Counted from the first letter of the stretch, positions 10,247 to 20,810 are shown. The stretch: DNA of 64,000 nucleotides from Pseudomonadota bacterium (GCA_023449855.1 JAEXHR010000085.1:1803-65802); one strand, 5' to 3'. Translations and numbers: made by a program. The notes: generated by a model not told the origin, from the sequence alone.

Positions 10247-11868
10247 GCGAGACCATCCTCACCATCGAAGACCTCAGCGTCAAGCTGCCGAAAGGCGCGG
10301 ATCGCACCCACGCGCTCGGCGGCGTGTCGCTGTCCATCGCCGCCGACGAGATCGTCTGCGTCGTCGGCGAGTCAGGCTCGGGCAAATCTGTGATGGCGAA
10401 TGCCGTGATGCGGCTGCTACCGCCGGAAGTCGCCATCGATGGCGGGCGTGTGCTGTTCGAGGGCAAAGACCTCGCCAGCGCCTCCCATGCCGAGATGCGC
10501 AAAGTGCGCGGCGCCGGCATCGCCATGATCTTCCAGGAGCCGATGACCGCGCTCAATCCGCTGCGCACCATCGGCGACCAGATCGGCGAGATGTTCGAGA
10601 TCCACACCGAACTCTCGAAGAAGGAGATCAAGGCGCGCGTGCTGGCGCTGCTTGCCGATGTGCGCATCCCCGATCCCGCGCAGGCCGCACGCGCCTATCC
10701 GCACGAACTGTCCGGCGGCCAGCGCCAGCGTGCGATGATCGCCATGGCGCTGGCGCTCGATCCGCGTCTCCTGATCGCCGACGAGCCGACCACCGCGCTC
10801 GATGTGACGACGCAGGCGCAGATACTAAAGCTCATTCGCGAGCTGCAGAGCCGGCGCAAGACGGCAGTGCTGTTCATCACCCACGATTTCGGCGTGGTCG
10901 CCGAGATCGCCGACCGCGTGGTGGTGATGCAGCATGGCAAGGTGGTCGAGCAAGGCGCCGTGCAGGATGTACTGCACCATCCGCAGCATCCCTATACGCA
11001 GCAGCTCATCGCCGCCGTACCGCCGCTGACCGCACCGCCGCCGCGCAAGCTGAACGACGAGCACATCCTCACGCTGGAAAATGTCTCCAAGACCTATCGC
11101 AATGGCGGCTTCCTCGGCCGCGGCGCGCGGGTGACCCATGCGGTGAAGTCGGTCTCCCTGAAGCTGCCGCGCGGCGCGACGCTCGGCATTGTCGGCGAGT
11201 CCGGCTCGGGCAAATCGACGCTGGCGCGCTGCATCATCCGCCTGATCGATCCCGACGGCGGATCGATCGTACTCGAGGGTAGGGACTGGGCGAGCATGCC
11301 GCGCGAAGAGGTGCGGCGCGAGACCAAACATATCCAGATGGTGTTTCAGGATCCGTTCGCCTCGCTCAATCCGCGCCGCAAAGCCGGCGAGCTTGTGGCG
11401 CAGGGACCGATCGTGCATGGCGTGCCGCGCGCGCAGGCGCTTGCGGAGGCGAAGGAGCTGTTTCGTCTGGTCGGTCTCGATCCCTCGGCGATGGACCGCC
11501 TGCCGCATGAATTCTCCGGCGGCCAGCGCCAGCGCATCGGGCTTGCGCGCGCGCTCGCACTGAAGCCGGATGTGCTGGTGGCGGATGAAGCGGTGTCGGC
11601 GCTGGACGTCTCCGTGCAGGCGCAGGTGCTGAAGATGCTGCACGACCTGCGCGAACGGCTCGGCCTGTCGATCGTGTTCATCACGCATGATCTGCGCGTC
11701 GCTGCGCAGATCTGCGATCTCGTGGCCGTGATGAAGGACGGCGAGGTGGTGGAGCATGGGCTGGCCGGCGAGGTATTCGGCCGGCCAAAGCATCCCTACA
11801 CGCAGGCGCTGCTGGCTTCGATCCCCGGCGGGGATTTTACGAGGAAGAAAGAGGCGGCGACGGCGTAG
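10243..11868 (+). CDS. Peptide ABC ATP-binding protein, two fused ATPase domains (DppD/F-like)
   Basis: ATG 10243 overlaps the upstream TGA; two GESGSGKS Walker A motifs, two SGGQRQR signatures, HPYTQ motifs. Confidence 0.92.
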   Translation: MSETILTIEDLSVKLPKGADRTHALGGVSLSIAADEIVCVVGESGSGKSVMANAVMRLLPPEVAIDGGRVLFEGKDLASASHAEMRKVRGAGIAMIFQEPMTALNPLRTIGDQIGEMFEIHTELSKKEIKARVLALLADVRIPDPAQAARAYPHELSGGQRQRAMIAMALALDPRLLIADEPTTALDVTTQAQILKLIRELQSRRKTAVLFITHDFGVVAEIADRVVVMQHGKVVEQGAVQDVLHHPQHPYTQQLIAAVPPLTAPPPRKLNDEHILTLENVSKTYRNGGFLGRGARVTHAVKSVSLKLPRGATLGIVGESGSGKSTLARCIIRLIDPDGGSIVLEGRDWASMPREEVRRETKHIQMVFQDPFASLNPRRKAGELVAQGPIVHGVPRAQALAEAKELFRLVGLDPSAMDRLPHEFSGGQRQRIGLARALALKPDVLVADEAVSALDVSVQAQVLKMLHDLRERLGLSIVFITHDLRVAAQICDLVAVMKDGEVVEHGLAGEVFGRPKHPYTQALLASIPGGDFTRKKEAATA

Positions 11869-11876
11869 TTGTCACC

Positions 11877-11953
11877 CGTCATTGCGAGTGAAGCGAAGCA
11901 ATCCAGAGAGCCAAGAACTGGATTGCTTCGTCGCTTCGCTCCTCGCAATGACG
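11877..11953. repeat. CGTC-family palindromic repeat (copy 2)
   Basis: cgtcattgcgagtgaagcgaagcaatccag ... ctggattgcttcgtcgcttcgctcctcgcaatgacg between convergent genes. Confidence 0.85.
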
Positions 11954-11954
11954 A

Positions 11955-13256
11955 CTAAATTTCCTTCTTGTCTCGCCGCCGATAGACCAACAGCATGAAC
12001 GGCGCGAGCAATCGCATCAATCCGTGCGCAGCGATCGGCACCGGCTCGGAGAACGGCAGCGCCAGCTCGTCATCCGGCACGCCGCGCACCGCTTTCGCGA
12101 ATTCATTGCCGAGCGCGATCGACAGCGCCACCGCGCGGCCGTTGCAGCCGGTCCAGCCGAATGCATTCGGACCGAGCTTGTGCATGCGCGGCAGGAAATC
12201 GGTGGTCATGCCGACATAGCCGTTCCAGACATAGTCGAACTTCACGTCGCCGATCTCCGGCCACAGGCGCTGCAGCCGCGCGCCGACCATCTCCTTCAGC
12301 CGGCCCGTCTTGTCACCGAAGCCGATCACATTGCCGCCGGTGACGAGGCGATTGCGCGCGTCGTAGCGCATGAAATAGAGCTCGCCATGGGTATCCGACA
12401 CCGCCTGCCGGCCGGGGATGATCGTCTGGCGCGCCTGCTCCGACAGCGGCTGCGTCGCCATCTGCCAGGACAGCACCGGCATCACCTCGCTCGCGATGCC
12501 GGGCGAAAGCTGTTTCGAGAATTCGCCGGTATAGGCATTGCTCGCGACCACCAATGCGCGGGAGCTGATCTGCCCCTTGGCGGTCTTGACGATCCAGCGA
12601 TCGCCCTGCCGGGTAAAACTTTCCACCGGCGAGCGCGCATAGATGCGGCCGCCCTGCTCCAGCACCACGCGTGCGAGGCCGCGCGCCAGCGCCAGCGGAT
12701 TGATGTGGCCGCCAGACTTGTTCCAGAAACCGCCGAACCATGCGGATGAGCCGAGCATCTTCTTCATCTCGTCCGACGACAACAGCTCCACCGGCGCGCC
12801 GTGCTTCGACCACTGCCGCACGCGGCGTTCGGCGATCTTGATGCGGCCCGGCGAATGCACCGGCTGGATCCAGCCATTCTGCTCGCCTTCCGCCTGGATC
12901 TGGTAGCGACGGGTGAGATCGAACAGGATGGAAGCGCTGTCGCGGATCAGGCCGACGAGGCGTTCGCCGGCACCACCGTAGCGCTTGATGATGTCCTCGG
13001 GATCTGGCCGCGACAGCGTCGGGATCACCTGGCCGTTGTTGCGGCCGGAGGCGCCCCAGCCGGGCTCGACGGCCTCCACGACAGCGACATCGATCCCCTG
13101 CTCGCGCAGATGCAGCGCCGTGGACAGGCCGGTGAAACCGGCGCCGATCACGACGACGTCGGCCTCGACACTGCCCGTCAGCTCCGGAAGGTCGGGCCCA
13201 GCAGGCGTGACGGCGGCCCAGAGCGAATTCGGCCAGGGCGCATTTGCGGTTTCCAT
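11955..13256 (-). CDS. FAD-dependent oxidoreductase, DAO/PuuB-like family
   Basis: ADVVVIGAGFTGLSTAL, GWGASGRNNGQV, GHINPLALARGL, WNGYVGMT, GCNGRAVA; ATG 13256 behind GAAAGG. Confidence 0.88.
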   Translation of the reverse strand: METANAPWPNSLWAAVTPAGPDLPELTGSVEADVVVIGAGFTGLSTALHLREQGIDVAVVEAVEPGWGASGRNNGQVIPTLSRPDPEDIIKRYGGAGERLVGLIRDSASILFDLTRRYQIQAEGEQNGWIQPVHSPGRIKIAERRVRQWSKHGAPVELLSSDEMKKMLGSSAWFGGFWNKSGGHINPLALARGLARVVLEQGGRIYARSPVESFTRQGDRWIVKTAKGQISSRALVVASNAYTGEFSKQLSPGIASEVMPVLSWQMATQPLSEQARQTIIPGRQAVSDTHGELYFMRYDARNRLVTGGNVIGFGDKTGRLKEMVGARLQRLWPEIGDVKFDYVWNGYVGMTTDFLPRMHKLGPNAFGWTGCNGRAVALSIALGNEFAKAVRGVPDDELALPFSEPVPIAAHGLMRLLAPFMLLVYRRRDKKEI

Positions 13257-13392
13257 CGTCAGCCTTTCCGGTCCCGCTTTCTTGCGGGATATTCCTAGCG
13301 AAACGCGGGGCAGATCACATGATCCGTTCCCTTGCGGCGGTTCCGCATTCTGCATAGTTTACGCGCCCAATCCAATGCAAGGTGGTGCACGC

Positions 13393-14250
13393 GTGACCCT
13401 CAAGAACATCATCGGAATCGACCATGCCGTGGTCTCCGTCAAAGACCTCGATGCCGCAGCCGCAATCTGGAAGAAGCTCGGCTTCACGCTGTCGCCGCGC
13501 GGCACCCACAGCGCCAAGATGGGTTCGGGCAACTACACGATCATGCTCGACCCCGACTATGTCGAACTGCTCGGCGTGATCGCCGAGACCGAACACAACG
13601 CGCCGATGCGGGATTTCCTGGCCAAGCGCGGCGAAGGCGTCGAGCGCATCGCTTTCACCGCGGTGGATTCCGCTGCAGGCGCCGAAGAAATCCGCGCACG
13701 CGGCTATGAGCCGATCGGGCCGACCGATTTCGAGCGCCCGGTGACGCTGCCGGACGGCACCGTGAGCGCGGCGAAGTTTCGCGTGTTTCACTGGCCGATC
13801 GTCGAAGCACCGGGCGGGCTGCGCATTTTCGCCTGCCAGCACAAGACGCGCGAGACGGTCTGGATTCCCGAGCTGATGACGCATGCCAATACGGCGAAGC
13901 GCCTGAAGCAGGTGCTGATCGTCACCACCGAGCCGGAAGCGGATGCGGCGCATATGGCAAAGCTGATCGACGGCACCACCCGCAAGGAGAGCGACGACGC
14001 CGTGGCCGTGCCCTCGGGCGGCGATCGTGCGGACTTCGTGTTCATGACGAAGGATGTGCTGGCGAAGCGTTTCCCGGGCACGTCGCTCGACGGCGCACCG
14101 GCGCGCGGCGGCGTGGCGCTGGTGTTCATCGCCGGCGATCTGGCGGCAGCGGAGAAGGCTGTGGGGTCGGCGGGTGCGAAGACCGAGGTCGGCGTTGTCG
14201 TGCCGCCCGCCAATGCGAATGGCGTGCTGCTGGCGTTTGTGGAGGGGTAA
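13393..14250 (+). CDS. VOC / glyoxalase-like protein
   Basis: GTG 13393 after AAGGTGG; IDHAVVSVKDLDAA, LGFTLSPRGTH, YVELLGV, HANTA. Confidence 0.85.
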   Translation: MTLKNIIGIDHAVVSVKDLDAAAAIWKKLGFTLSPRGTHSAKMGSGNYTIMLDPDYVELLGVIAETEHNAPMRDFLAKRGEGVERIAFTAVDSAAGAEEIRARGYEPIGPTDFERPVTLPDGTVSAAKFRVFHWPIVEAPGGLRIFACQHKTRETVWIPELMTHANTAKRLKQVLIVTTEPEADAAHMAKLIDGTTRKESDDAVAVPSGGDRADFVFMTKDVLAKRFPGTSLDGAPARGGVALVFIAGDLAAAEKAVGSAGAKTEVGVVVPPANANGVLLAFVEG

Positions 14251-14261
14251 GGCCTTTCCCG

Positions 14262-14347
14262 CGTCATTGCGAGGAGCCCTTGCGACGAAGCAATCCAGTC
14301 TTTCCTCACCTGGCTTTCTGGATTGCTTCGCTGCGCTCGCAATGACG
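14262..14347. repeat. CGTC-family palindromic repeat (copy 3)
   Basis: cgtcattgcgaggagcccttgcgacgaagcaatccag ... ctggattgcttcgctgcgctcgcaatgacg between convergent genes. Confidence 0.85.
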
Positions 14348-14348
14348 G

Positions 14349-15722
14349 CTACTTCTTCTCCCCCAAATCCCAGAACATCCCCGCCATGATGCGCAGCGCC
14401 TCCGCCGTCACCGGTTTGAGGATGTGCTCATCCGGTGCATGCTGCGAGCAGCCGGGATAGGAATGCGGGACCCACACGGTGGGCAGGCCGAGAATATCCG
14501 TGAACACATCGTTCGGCAGCGAGCCGCCGAAATTCGGCAGCAGCGCGGGCGGCTTGCCCGTGGTCTTGCGTACCGACTCCACCGCCCAGCCGACCCAGGG
14601 ATTGTCGATATCCGTGCGCGAGGCGCTGAAGAATTGCGACTGGCTGACCTTGATGTCGCCAAAGCCCTTCGCCGCGAGATGCTTCTCGATGGCCGGCACG
14701 ACATTCTCGATATCGGTGCCGACGACGAAACGAAGCTGCAGCACCGCATGCGCTTCGCCGGGAATGGCATTCGCGGGGTTCGCGACATTGCCGGCATTGA
14801 TGGCCAGCACTTCGAGCGTATTCCACGCATAGAGCCGCTCGGCGGGCGTCAGCCCTTCCTCGCCCCAGCCTTCCGACAGCGACGGTTCATCCGGCGTCGG
14901 CGCCACCACCACATCGGCGAGCGCCGCGCGAATCTGGTTGGTGATGCGGGGCGGCTTCAATGCGTCCAGCAGGATGCGGCCATCCCGATCGACCAACGTC
15001 GCAATCGCCGATGCGAGGATCGTCGCGGGATTGGCGAGCAATCCGCCCCAATTGCCGGAATGATGCGCACCGTCGCGCAGCTTGAGATCGAGATGGATGC
15101 GGCGGCCACCGCGGCAGCCGAGAAAGATCGTCGGCCGCTCGGCGGACAGACGCGGGCCATCGGAGGCGAGGAACAGGTCGGCCTTCAACTCATCGCGGAG
15201 GCTCTCGCACACCTTCGGCAAATCGGGCGAGCCGATTTCCTCGCCCATTTCGACGATGAACTTCACATTGAAGCCGAGCTTGCCGCCACGCACTTCATGC
15301 ACGGCGCGAAGCGCAGCGATATTGATGGCGTGCTGGCCCTTGTTGTCGGCGGTGCCGCGGCCATAAACGCGCTCGCCCACCGTGGTGCAGCGCCATGGGT
15401 CGAGGCCGTCACGCCACTCGCCTTCCATGCCGGGCACGACGTCGCCATGGCCGTACATCAGCACGGTCGGCAGATCGTCGCTCTCGTGATAGGTGGCGAG
15501 CAGATTCGGCCCGCGGCCCGATGGCGACGGGACAATTTTCGTGGTGAAGCCGAGCGCCGTGAACTGCGGCACCAGCTCCTCGTCGAGATAGGCGCGCAGC
15601 TCCTCGCCGCGCTTGTCGCTCTGGCTCTCGGTCTTGTAACCGACCATGCGGTCCAGCACGGCGAGAAACTCGCCGGACTGGAATTGCGCGTCGATGCGCG
15701 CGATGGCTTGTTCGCGCGACAT
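14349..15722 (-). CDS. M20 family metallo-hydrolase (ArgE/DapE-like)
   Basis: YGHGDVV, YGRGTADNKG, MGEEIGS, ASDG, HSGNWGG, QHAPDEH. Confidence 0.9.
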   Translation of the reverse strand: MSREQAIARIDAQFQSGEFLAVLDRMVGYKTESQSDKRGEELRAYLDEELVPQFTALGFTTKIVPSPSGRGPNLLATYHESDDLPTVLMYGHGDVVPGMEGEWRDGLDPWRCTTVGERVYGRGTADNKGQHAINIAALRAVHEVRGGKLGFNVKFIVEMGEEIGSPDLPKVCESLRDELKADLFLASDGPRLSAERPTIFLGCRGGRRIHLDLKLRDGAHHSGNWGGLLANPATILASAIATLVDRDGRILLDALKPPRITNQIRAALADVVVAPTPDEPSLSEGWGEEGLTPAERLYAWNTLEVLAINAGNVANPANAIPGEAHAVLQLRFVVGTDIENVVPAIEKHLAAKGFGDIKVSQSQFFSASRTDIDNPWVGWAVESVRKTTGKPPALLPNFGGSLPNDVFTDILGLPTVWVPHSYPGCSQHAPDEHILKPVTAEALRIMAGMFWDLGEKK

Positions 15723-17062
15723 CAGAGCGTCGCGAACACGGCATCGGCCTCGGTGAGGAGGCGATCGGCATGGGCCGCGGTGAACACCAGCGGCGGGCGG
15801 ATCTTCAGCGTATTGGCGGCGGCGCCTGTCGCCGAGATCAGCACCCGGCGCGCGCGCAGGCCGTTGACGATGGCAGCGGCGGCGGCGGCATCGGGCTCCT
15901 TGGTGGTGCGGTCCTTGACCATTTCCACGCCGACATAGAGACCGGAGCCACGGACATCGCCGATGCCCGGATACTTTTTCGCCAACGCTTCAAAACCTTC
16001 GCGCAGGATCTTGCCGACCTTCAGCGAATTCTCCACCAGCTTCTCGTCCTGGATGACATTGAGCACGGCTTGCGCCGCAGCCATCGCCACCGTGTTGCCG
16101 CCGAACGTGTTGAAGTAACGGTTGTCGCGGCCGAATTTTTCGACGATCTCCGGCAGCATCACTGCGGCGGCGACGGGGTAACCGTTACCCATCGGTTTGC
16201 CCATGGTGATGATATCGGGCGTGATGCCGTGGCGCTGATAGCCCCACAGTTTCTCGCCGCTGCGGCCGAAACCGGACTGCACCTCGTCGGCGATATAGAT
16301 GCCGCCGGCCTTGTGAACGACATCGACGACGGGCTGCAGCAGGTTCGTCGGATGCGAGAAGATGCCGTCCGATGAGAACATGGAATCCGCAATGAAACAG
16401 GCGACGCCAGCACCCCGGCGCTGCAAGTCGACGATCTGCTCGGAGACCTTTTCGGCCATCCACTTGCCCATGTTTTCCGGCGCGATGCGATAGCTGTCCG
16501 GCGCCGGCACGCGGCGCACGAATGTGCCGAGCGGCGAGAACGGACCGAGCGACGGCGAGAAGCCGGCGGTCAATTCCGAATTACCGTGATAGGCCTCGTC
16601 GGTGATGATGATGCCCTGATTGCCGGTGTGGTGCTTGGCCATGCGCACCGCGAGATCATTGGCTTCCGAGCCGGTGCAGGTGAACATCGCATGGCGCGCC
16701 GGGCCATCGAAGGTCGCGAGCAACTGCTCGGCGTAATCGAGAATGCCCTTCTGGATGTAGCGCGTATGGGTACAGATGGTCTGCGCCTGCTTCGTGATCG
16801 CCTCGACCACGCGCGGATGACAGTGGCCGATGGAGACAACATTGTTATAGGCGTCGAGATATTCGTTGCCCTCGCTGTCATAGAGCAGCACTCCGTTGGC
16901 GCGCGCGACTTCGACCGGGTCCTTGTAGAACAGGCGATAGGCCGGGCCGAGCAGCGCGATGCGGCGCTCGACGAGTTTGCGGCTTTCAGGCGTAAGGCTG
17001 GAGGCCGTGGCGGGATCGAAACCGTTGACCATCTTGCCGCGCTGGGCTGATGTCGTTGACAT
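15722..17062 (-). CDS. Class III PLP aminotransferase-family enzyme (AGXT2L/phospho-lyase-like)
   Basis: YLDAYNNV..IGHCHP, THTRY, CTGSEANDLA, IADEVQSGFGR, TMGKPMGNG, YFNTFGGN, LKIRPPL. Confidence 0.88.
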   Translation of the reverse strand: MSTTSAQRGKMVNGFDPATASSLTPESRKLVERRIALLGPAYRLFYKDPVEVARANGVLLYDSEGNEYLDAYNNVVSIGHCHPRVVEAITKQAQTICTHTRYIQKGILDYAEQLLATFDGPARHAMFTCTGSEANDLAVRMAKHHTGNQGIIITDEAYHGNSELTAGFSPSLGPFSPLGTFVRRVPAPDSYRIAPENMGKWMAEKVSEQIVDLQRRGAGVACFIADSMFSSDGIFSHPTNLLQPVVDVVHKAGGIYIADEVQSGFGRSGEKLWGYQRHGITPDIITMGKPMGNGYPVAAAVMLPEIVEKFGRDNRYFNTFGGNTVAMAAAQAVLNVIQDEKLVENSLKVGKILREGFEALAKKYPGIGDVRGSGLYVGVEMVKDRTTKEPDAAAAAAIVNGLRARRVLISATGAAANTLKIRPPLVFTAAHADRLLTEADAVFATL

Positions 17063-17089
17063 GGGATGCTCCTGTAATGTGTTCGTCTA

Positions 17090-18151
17090 TCAGCGCGCGA
17101 GGTCGATCAGCTCACCCGCGAGATCGTCCATCGAGCGGCCCAGGAACCAGTCGATCTGGCCCCAGGTCATGTGATTGTTGCGCAGGACATAGTCCGCCAC
17201 CGACGGCACGCGGTTGGCCATCGCGGTGGACAGCAGGATACGCGTGGTCAGGCGCGACATGATCAGCGGCGGGATCAGCGCGAGCTCTTCCTCGGTGAGA
17301 TCGGCGACGGCAAGATAGCCGCGCAGGAGATCGCGCCCATGGGCGAAGATCTCGCCTTCCATCTTCTCCGGCAACTGATTGAGCATCGCCGTCGAGACAT
17401 CGATGGCGATGGCGGTGCGCACGGTGTCTCCGAAATCGATGATGCCGCTGATGAAGGTCGGCAACCGGGGATCGGCGACGATGTTGGAGCGTGTGAAGTC
17501 GTTATGCAGCACCTGCTGGCGGCACTGCTTCAGGCGCGGCTCGATGGAGGCGAAGCGCTCCAGCACCGTTTCCAGCCTGGCCCGCCATACAGTGTCGGTG
17601 ATCTCCGGCAGCAGCGGCGCCAGCGTCGGCAGGTTCTTCACGTCCCACGGCACGACCCGGGTCTCGGTGGGATGGCTGAAATCGGCGAGCGCATGACGCA
17701 GCGTCGCCAGCAAGCGGCCGATTTCTTCCCGGCCGCGGACATCGATGAGCACTTCGCTGAGCGGCTGGCCCTCGACGAAAGACATCATCCGCACCTGACG
17801 GCGCTGACCGGCGCGGTCGGTATAGAGAAAGTGGCCGTCGCCCGCTGCGTTGGGGATCACGCGCGGGATCGGCAATTCGGGCGCACGGGCCGCGACATGT
17901 TCGAGCACGCGGATCTGCAGATCGATCTCGGCGACATCCTCGGTGGGATTGGCAACCTTGAGGACATAACGCTGGCCTTGCGCCGGCGCGATGCGGAAGG
18001 TGTCGTCCTTTTCCGTGGCGAAACGGGTCGGTTTGCCGTCGATGCCGAAATGGGCGCGGGCCAGATCGACTGCCTCCGCCTCGCTCATATTTATATACGA
18101 TGCCGCGAGGCCGCTCTGCATTGCAATCGGAGCGGAAGTCTCGTGTTTCAC
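17090..18151 (-). CDS. APH/choline-kinase-fold phosphotransferase (hydroxylysine kinase / homoserine kinase type II-like)
   Basis: TEKDDTF, YVLKVAN, QVLHNDF..SNIV (Brenner motif), GIIDFGD. Start uncertain: GTG 18151, or ATG near 18121 or 18088. Confidence 0.85.
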   Translation of the reverse strand: MKHETSAPIAMQSGLAASYINMSEAEAVDLARAHFGIDGKPTRFATEKDDTFRIAPAQGQRYVLKVANPTEDVAEIDLQIRVLEHVAARAPELPIPRVIPNAAGDGHFLYTDRAGQRRQVRMMSFVEGQPLSEVLIDVRGREEIGRLLATLRHALADFSHPTETRVVPWDVKNLPTLAPLLPEITDTVWRARLETVLERFASIEPRLKQCRQQVLHNDFTRSNIVADPRLPTFISGIIDFGDTVRTAIAIDVSTAMLNQLPEKMEGEIFAHGRDLLRGYLAVADLTEEELALIPPLIMSRLTTRILLSTAMANRVPSVADYVLRNNHMTWGQIDWFLGRSMDDLAGELIDLAR

Positions 18152-18248
18152 TTGGGCGTATCCACTTGGCTTGATCCAATCTCGATTCGGAACCGGCATT
18201 GGCATGCAAGCCGGTCTGATCGACATTGGCAATGCCGATGCCCTTTCT

Positions 18249-18264
18249 AGCAATCTCGATGCCA
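18249..18264 (-). promoter_or_regulatory. sigma54 (-24/-12) promoter for the kinase-PLP enzyme-M20 operon
   Basis: Minus strand TGGCATCGAGATTGCT: GG-N10-GC, near match to TGGCAC-N5-TTGCW, ~100 bp upstream of the kinase start. Confidence 0.7.
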
Positions 18265-18375
18265 GTTGTCAGGCTATCCGCGGTATCCAGCTCCCAATCT
18301 TCGTGACAGAGACCCTCACATCGGGATCAATCGATCTGCCCATGCGTTGGCCCTCACTCCGACAAGCTTGAGGGA

Positions 18376-19194
18376 TTGTCCTTGACCATTAACTTCGAAA
18401 CGCTGTGGGCGTCGCTGCTGCTCTATGGGCTGAACGCAATCTACGCTGCCGCCCTGCTGGCCATCGGCCTCTACCTTTCGGGCGCTGCCGATCGCATCGT
18501 GACCGGCGCGCTCTCGCACACCCGGCGGATCGACCCGCTGGTGTCGAATTTCGTCGCCTCGCTGGCGCGCTATGCAGTATTGGCCGTCGTCGGCATCGCA
18601 GTCCTGCAGCTGTTCGGCATCCAGACCGCGAGCCTCGTCGCCGTACTCGGCGCTGCGTCGCTGGCCATCGGCCTGGCATTGCAGGGCACGCTTGCCAATC
18701 TCGCGGCCGGCGTCATGCTGCTTTTGTTTCGGCCGTTCAAGATCGGCGACAATGTAGAGGTGGCCGGCAAAGCCGGCACGGTGACGTCGCTGTCGCTGTT
18801 CATGACCGAACTCAAGACCGCGGAAAATGTGCAGGTGCTGCTGCCAAACGGCTCGGTGTGGGGATCGGCGATCATCAACAAATCGACCTATCCCGGCGCC
18901 AGCGCCGGCAAGGTCGAGGTCAGTTTCCCGGTGCGCGCCGGCGTCGAAGCGCAAAGCATGGGGCGCGACCTCGTCGCCGATCTCGCGCAGGATGTCCGTG
19001 TACAGCGCGAACCAGCGCCGCACGCAAAGGTCTCGAAAGTGGTCAATCTCGCCGATGGCGACGGCGTCGTCGAACTCACCGTTGCGGCGACGACCGATCC
19101 TCACGATGTCGATGCGGTGAAAGCGAAACTGCTCGAAGCGATCAATAGCTATGTCGCCGGGCGGCCGTCGGCATTGCCGAAGCCGGCAAACTGA
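18376..19194 (+). CDS. mscS: Small-conductance mechanosensitive channel family protein
   Basis: GAGGGA RBS + TTG; GIQTASLVAVLGAASLAIGLALQGTLANLAAGVMLLLFRPFKIGD, LPNG..W...IIN. Confidence 0.9.
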   Translation: MSLTINFETLWASLLLYGLNAIYAAALLAIGLYLSGAADRIVTGALSHTRRIDPLVSNFVASLARYAVLAVVGIAVLQLFGIQTASLVAVLGAASLAIGLALQGTLANLAAGVMLLLFRPFKIGDNVEVAGKAGTVTSLSLFMTELKTAENVQVLLPNGSVWGSAIINKSTYPGASAGKVEVSFPVRAGVEAQSMGRDLVADLAQDVRVQREPAPHAKVSKVVNLADGDGVVELTVAATTDPHDVDAVKAKLLEAINSYVAGRPSALPKPAN

Positions 19195-19226
19195 AGGCGC
19201 CACGTCTCCGCCGTTCGGAACGGGCC

Positions 19227-19487
19227 CTAGCGCCTGGCCGGGGCGACGGCGCCGGCGGCCCCGCGCAGATCGGACAGTGGCACGCAGCTCTTCTTGCGGC
19301 GCTGGTTGTTCGGCGCGCCCTGCACTTTCAACACCTTGCCGGCTGAGCAGGAGCCATTATCGACATAGACGGTGGAATACGGATCCATCGCGAGCGGTTC
19401 GAAAGACAGGACACGCTGCGCCGCCGACGGGCTAACCATAGAGAGCGTAAGGGCTGCAGCAACAAGCCCGAGCCAAATTGAACGCAT
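19227..19487 (-). CDS. Small secreted protein (DUF6719-like), 86 aa
   Basis: Signal peptide MRSIWLGLVAAALTLSMVSPSAA; EP...VYVDNGSC..GKVLKV.G.....RKKSCVP with a Cys pair. Confidence 0.7.
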   Translation of the reverse strand: MRSIWLGLVAAALTLSMVSPSAAQRVLSFEPLAMDPYSTVYVDNGSCSAGKVLKVQGAPNNQRRKKSCVPLSDLRGAAGAVAPARR

Positions 19488-19783
19488 CAATCCTATCTCG
19501 CGTAAAAAACCAAACCGGCGATGACAACCATGGCTGCCACCGCGAACAAATGGGCGCAAGCGATCGATACGGCCTCGACCGCCGGCCCTGCTTTCTGCTT
19601 CAGCCCGGATGCGGGCATGCGCGACGCGGGCTGCGCCTTGGAGCGAGATATCGTCAATTGAACAGTCCCCGATGCCGGCGCGAAGACGTCCCCGATGCGC
19701 CAACGGCCACAACCTCGGCATCAAATGAGGCGAGAGTGAGTCAGCGTCGCGACACGACACGATCGAATGCAGACGTCTCCATA

Positions 19784-19837
19784 TTGGAGCATGATCTAAT
19801 CCGAAAACCGCACGCCACCTCTCGGGATCATGCTCTA
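19784..19837. repeat. Rhizobial GAGCATGATC...GATCATGCTC palindromic element (copy 1)
   Basis: gagcatgatctaatccgaaaaccg...tcgggatcatgctc; related copy at 22225-22272. Confidence 0.75.
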
Positions 19838-20170
19838 GTTGTCCTGCATCGCCCATGCCCTGCCGGCTTGTGCGACAGCCGGCGCGACATCGCGTGCGCA
19901 ATGCTCTGTGGCGCGCTCAAATTGCTCCTGAATTTCAGGCGTCACCGATCCACCCGCACTGTCGATTTCGCGCAGGGAGATGGTCGAGGTGAACTCGGCT
20001 GCGAAGCAACTGCAGAACTTCTTTGAATCGTTCGAAGGACGATTCGGCCGTTTGCGAAAATGATTTGAACAGCTCTTTTCCAGATTGGACGCCATCTGGT
20101 CGATTTCGTTGGCCGAAACCGGCGACGCGAAAGCAAGCGCCAATGCGATGATGACCCCCCTAGACCGCAT
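19835..20170 (-). CDS. Hypothetical secreted Cys-containing protein, 111 aa
   Basis: Signal peptide MRSRGVIIALALAFASPVSA; C...CSC...C pattern. Confidence 0.6.
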   Translation of the reverse strand: MRSRGVIIALALAFASPVSANEIDQMASNLEKSCSNHFRKRPNRPSNDSKKFCSCFAAEFTSTISLREIDSAGGSVTPEIQEQFERATEHCARDVAPAVAQAGRAWAMQDN

Positions 20171-20350
20171 CCTGCTGCCCCACGCCAAGGTCCCGCCCCC
20201 CAAACTCACATGCAACTGTCATAATATACCTTGGTTCCGCACATTTGTGACGCTTTAGTATCAATCAGTGTCGAAGCCGCGCCTTAAACTGGGGTGAATT
20301 GTCGCAAATGCGACGGTTGAATCCGCTATCCCCAGCAGAGATGGTCAGAC

Positions 20351-20803
20351 ATGGGACGAATCCTGGAATTGATCGCGATCATCGTGATCGGCGGCGGCAG
20401 CGCGGCGTTGTTTGCCTATTCGATGGGCTCGCTCGCGATGGACGAATTCGGCCTCGGCAGCCGGCCCCTCGTCTCAATTTCGCTATTGTCCGCGGGCTTT
20501 ATCGCCCTGTTGCTCGTTGTCGAGTTCCTCGGCGCGTTCAGGACCGCCGCCACGTCACAAGACATGTCGGCTAAAGATGGCCCTCAACGGGAAAGCTTGA
20601 TGCATCAGATCACCAAGGCCGACATCGTCATCTCCGTGGGCCGAGGCCTCATCATGGCCGCAGCCATTGTCGGAGCGACGTATTACTTCGGCAGCTGGTA
20701 TCTCGGCGGCGAAGGCCTTGAAGCGTTGTTCCACGGCGTCGACGATCACATCGCAGCCTCGGTCGACAGCACGATGACGCCGAAGACCGAAGCCACGCAG
20801 TAG
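20351..20803 (+). CDS. Hypothetical membrane protein (3 predicted TM segments)
   Basis: 150-aa ORF with three hydrophobic stretches and plausible codon usage. Confidence 0.6.
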   Translation: MGRILELIAIIVIGGGSAALFAYSMGSLAMDEFGLGSRPLVSISLLSAGFIALLLVVEFLGAFRTAATSQDMSAKDGPQRESLMHQITKADIVISVGRGLIMAAAIVGATYYFGSWYLGGEGLEALFHGVDDHIAASVDSTMTPKTEATQ

Positions 20804-20810
20804 CCTTTTC

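Noticed and set aside
8303..14347. Recurrent ~80-90-bp repeats as a CRISPR array
   Set aside because: Dispersed intergenic palindromes kilobases apart; no repeat-spacer periodicity and no cas genes.
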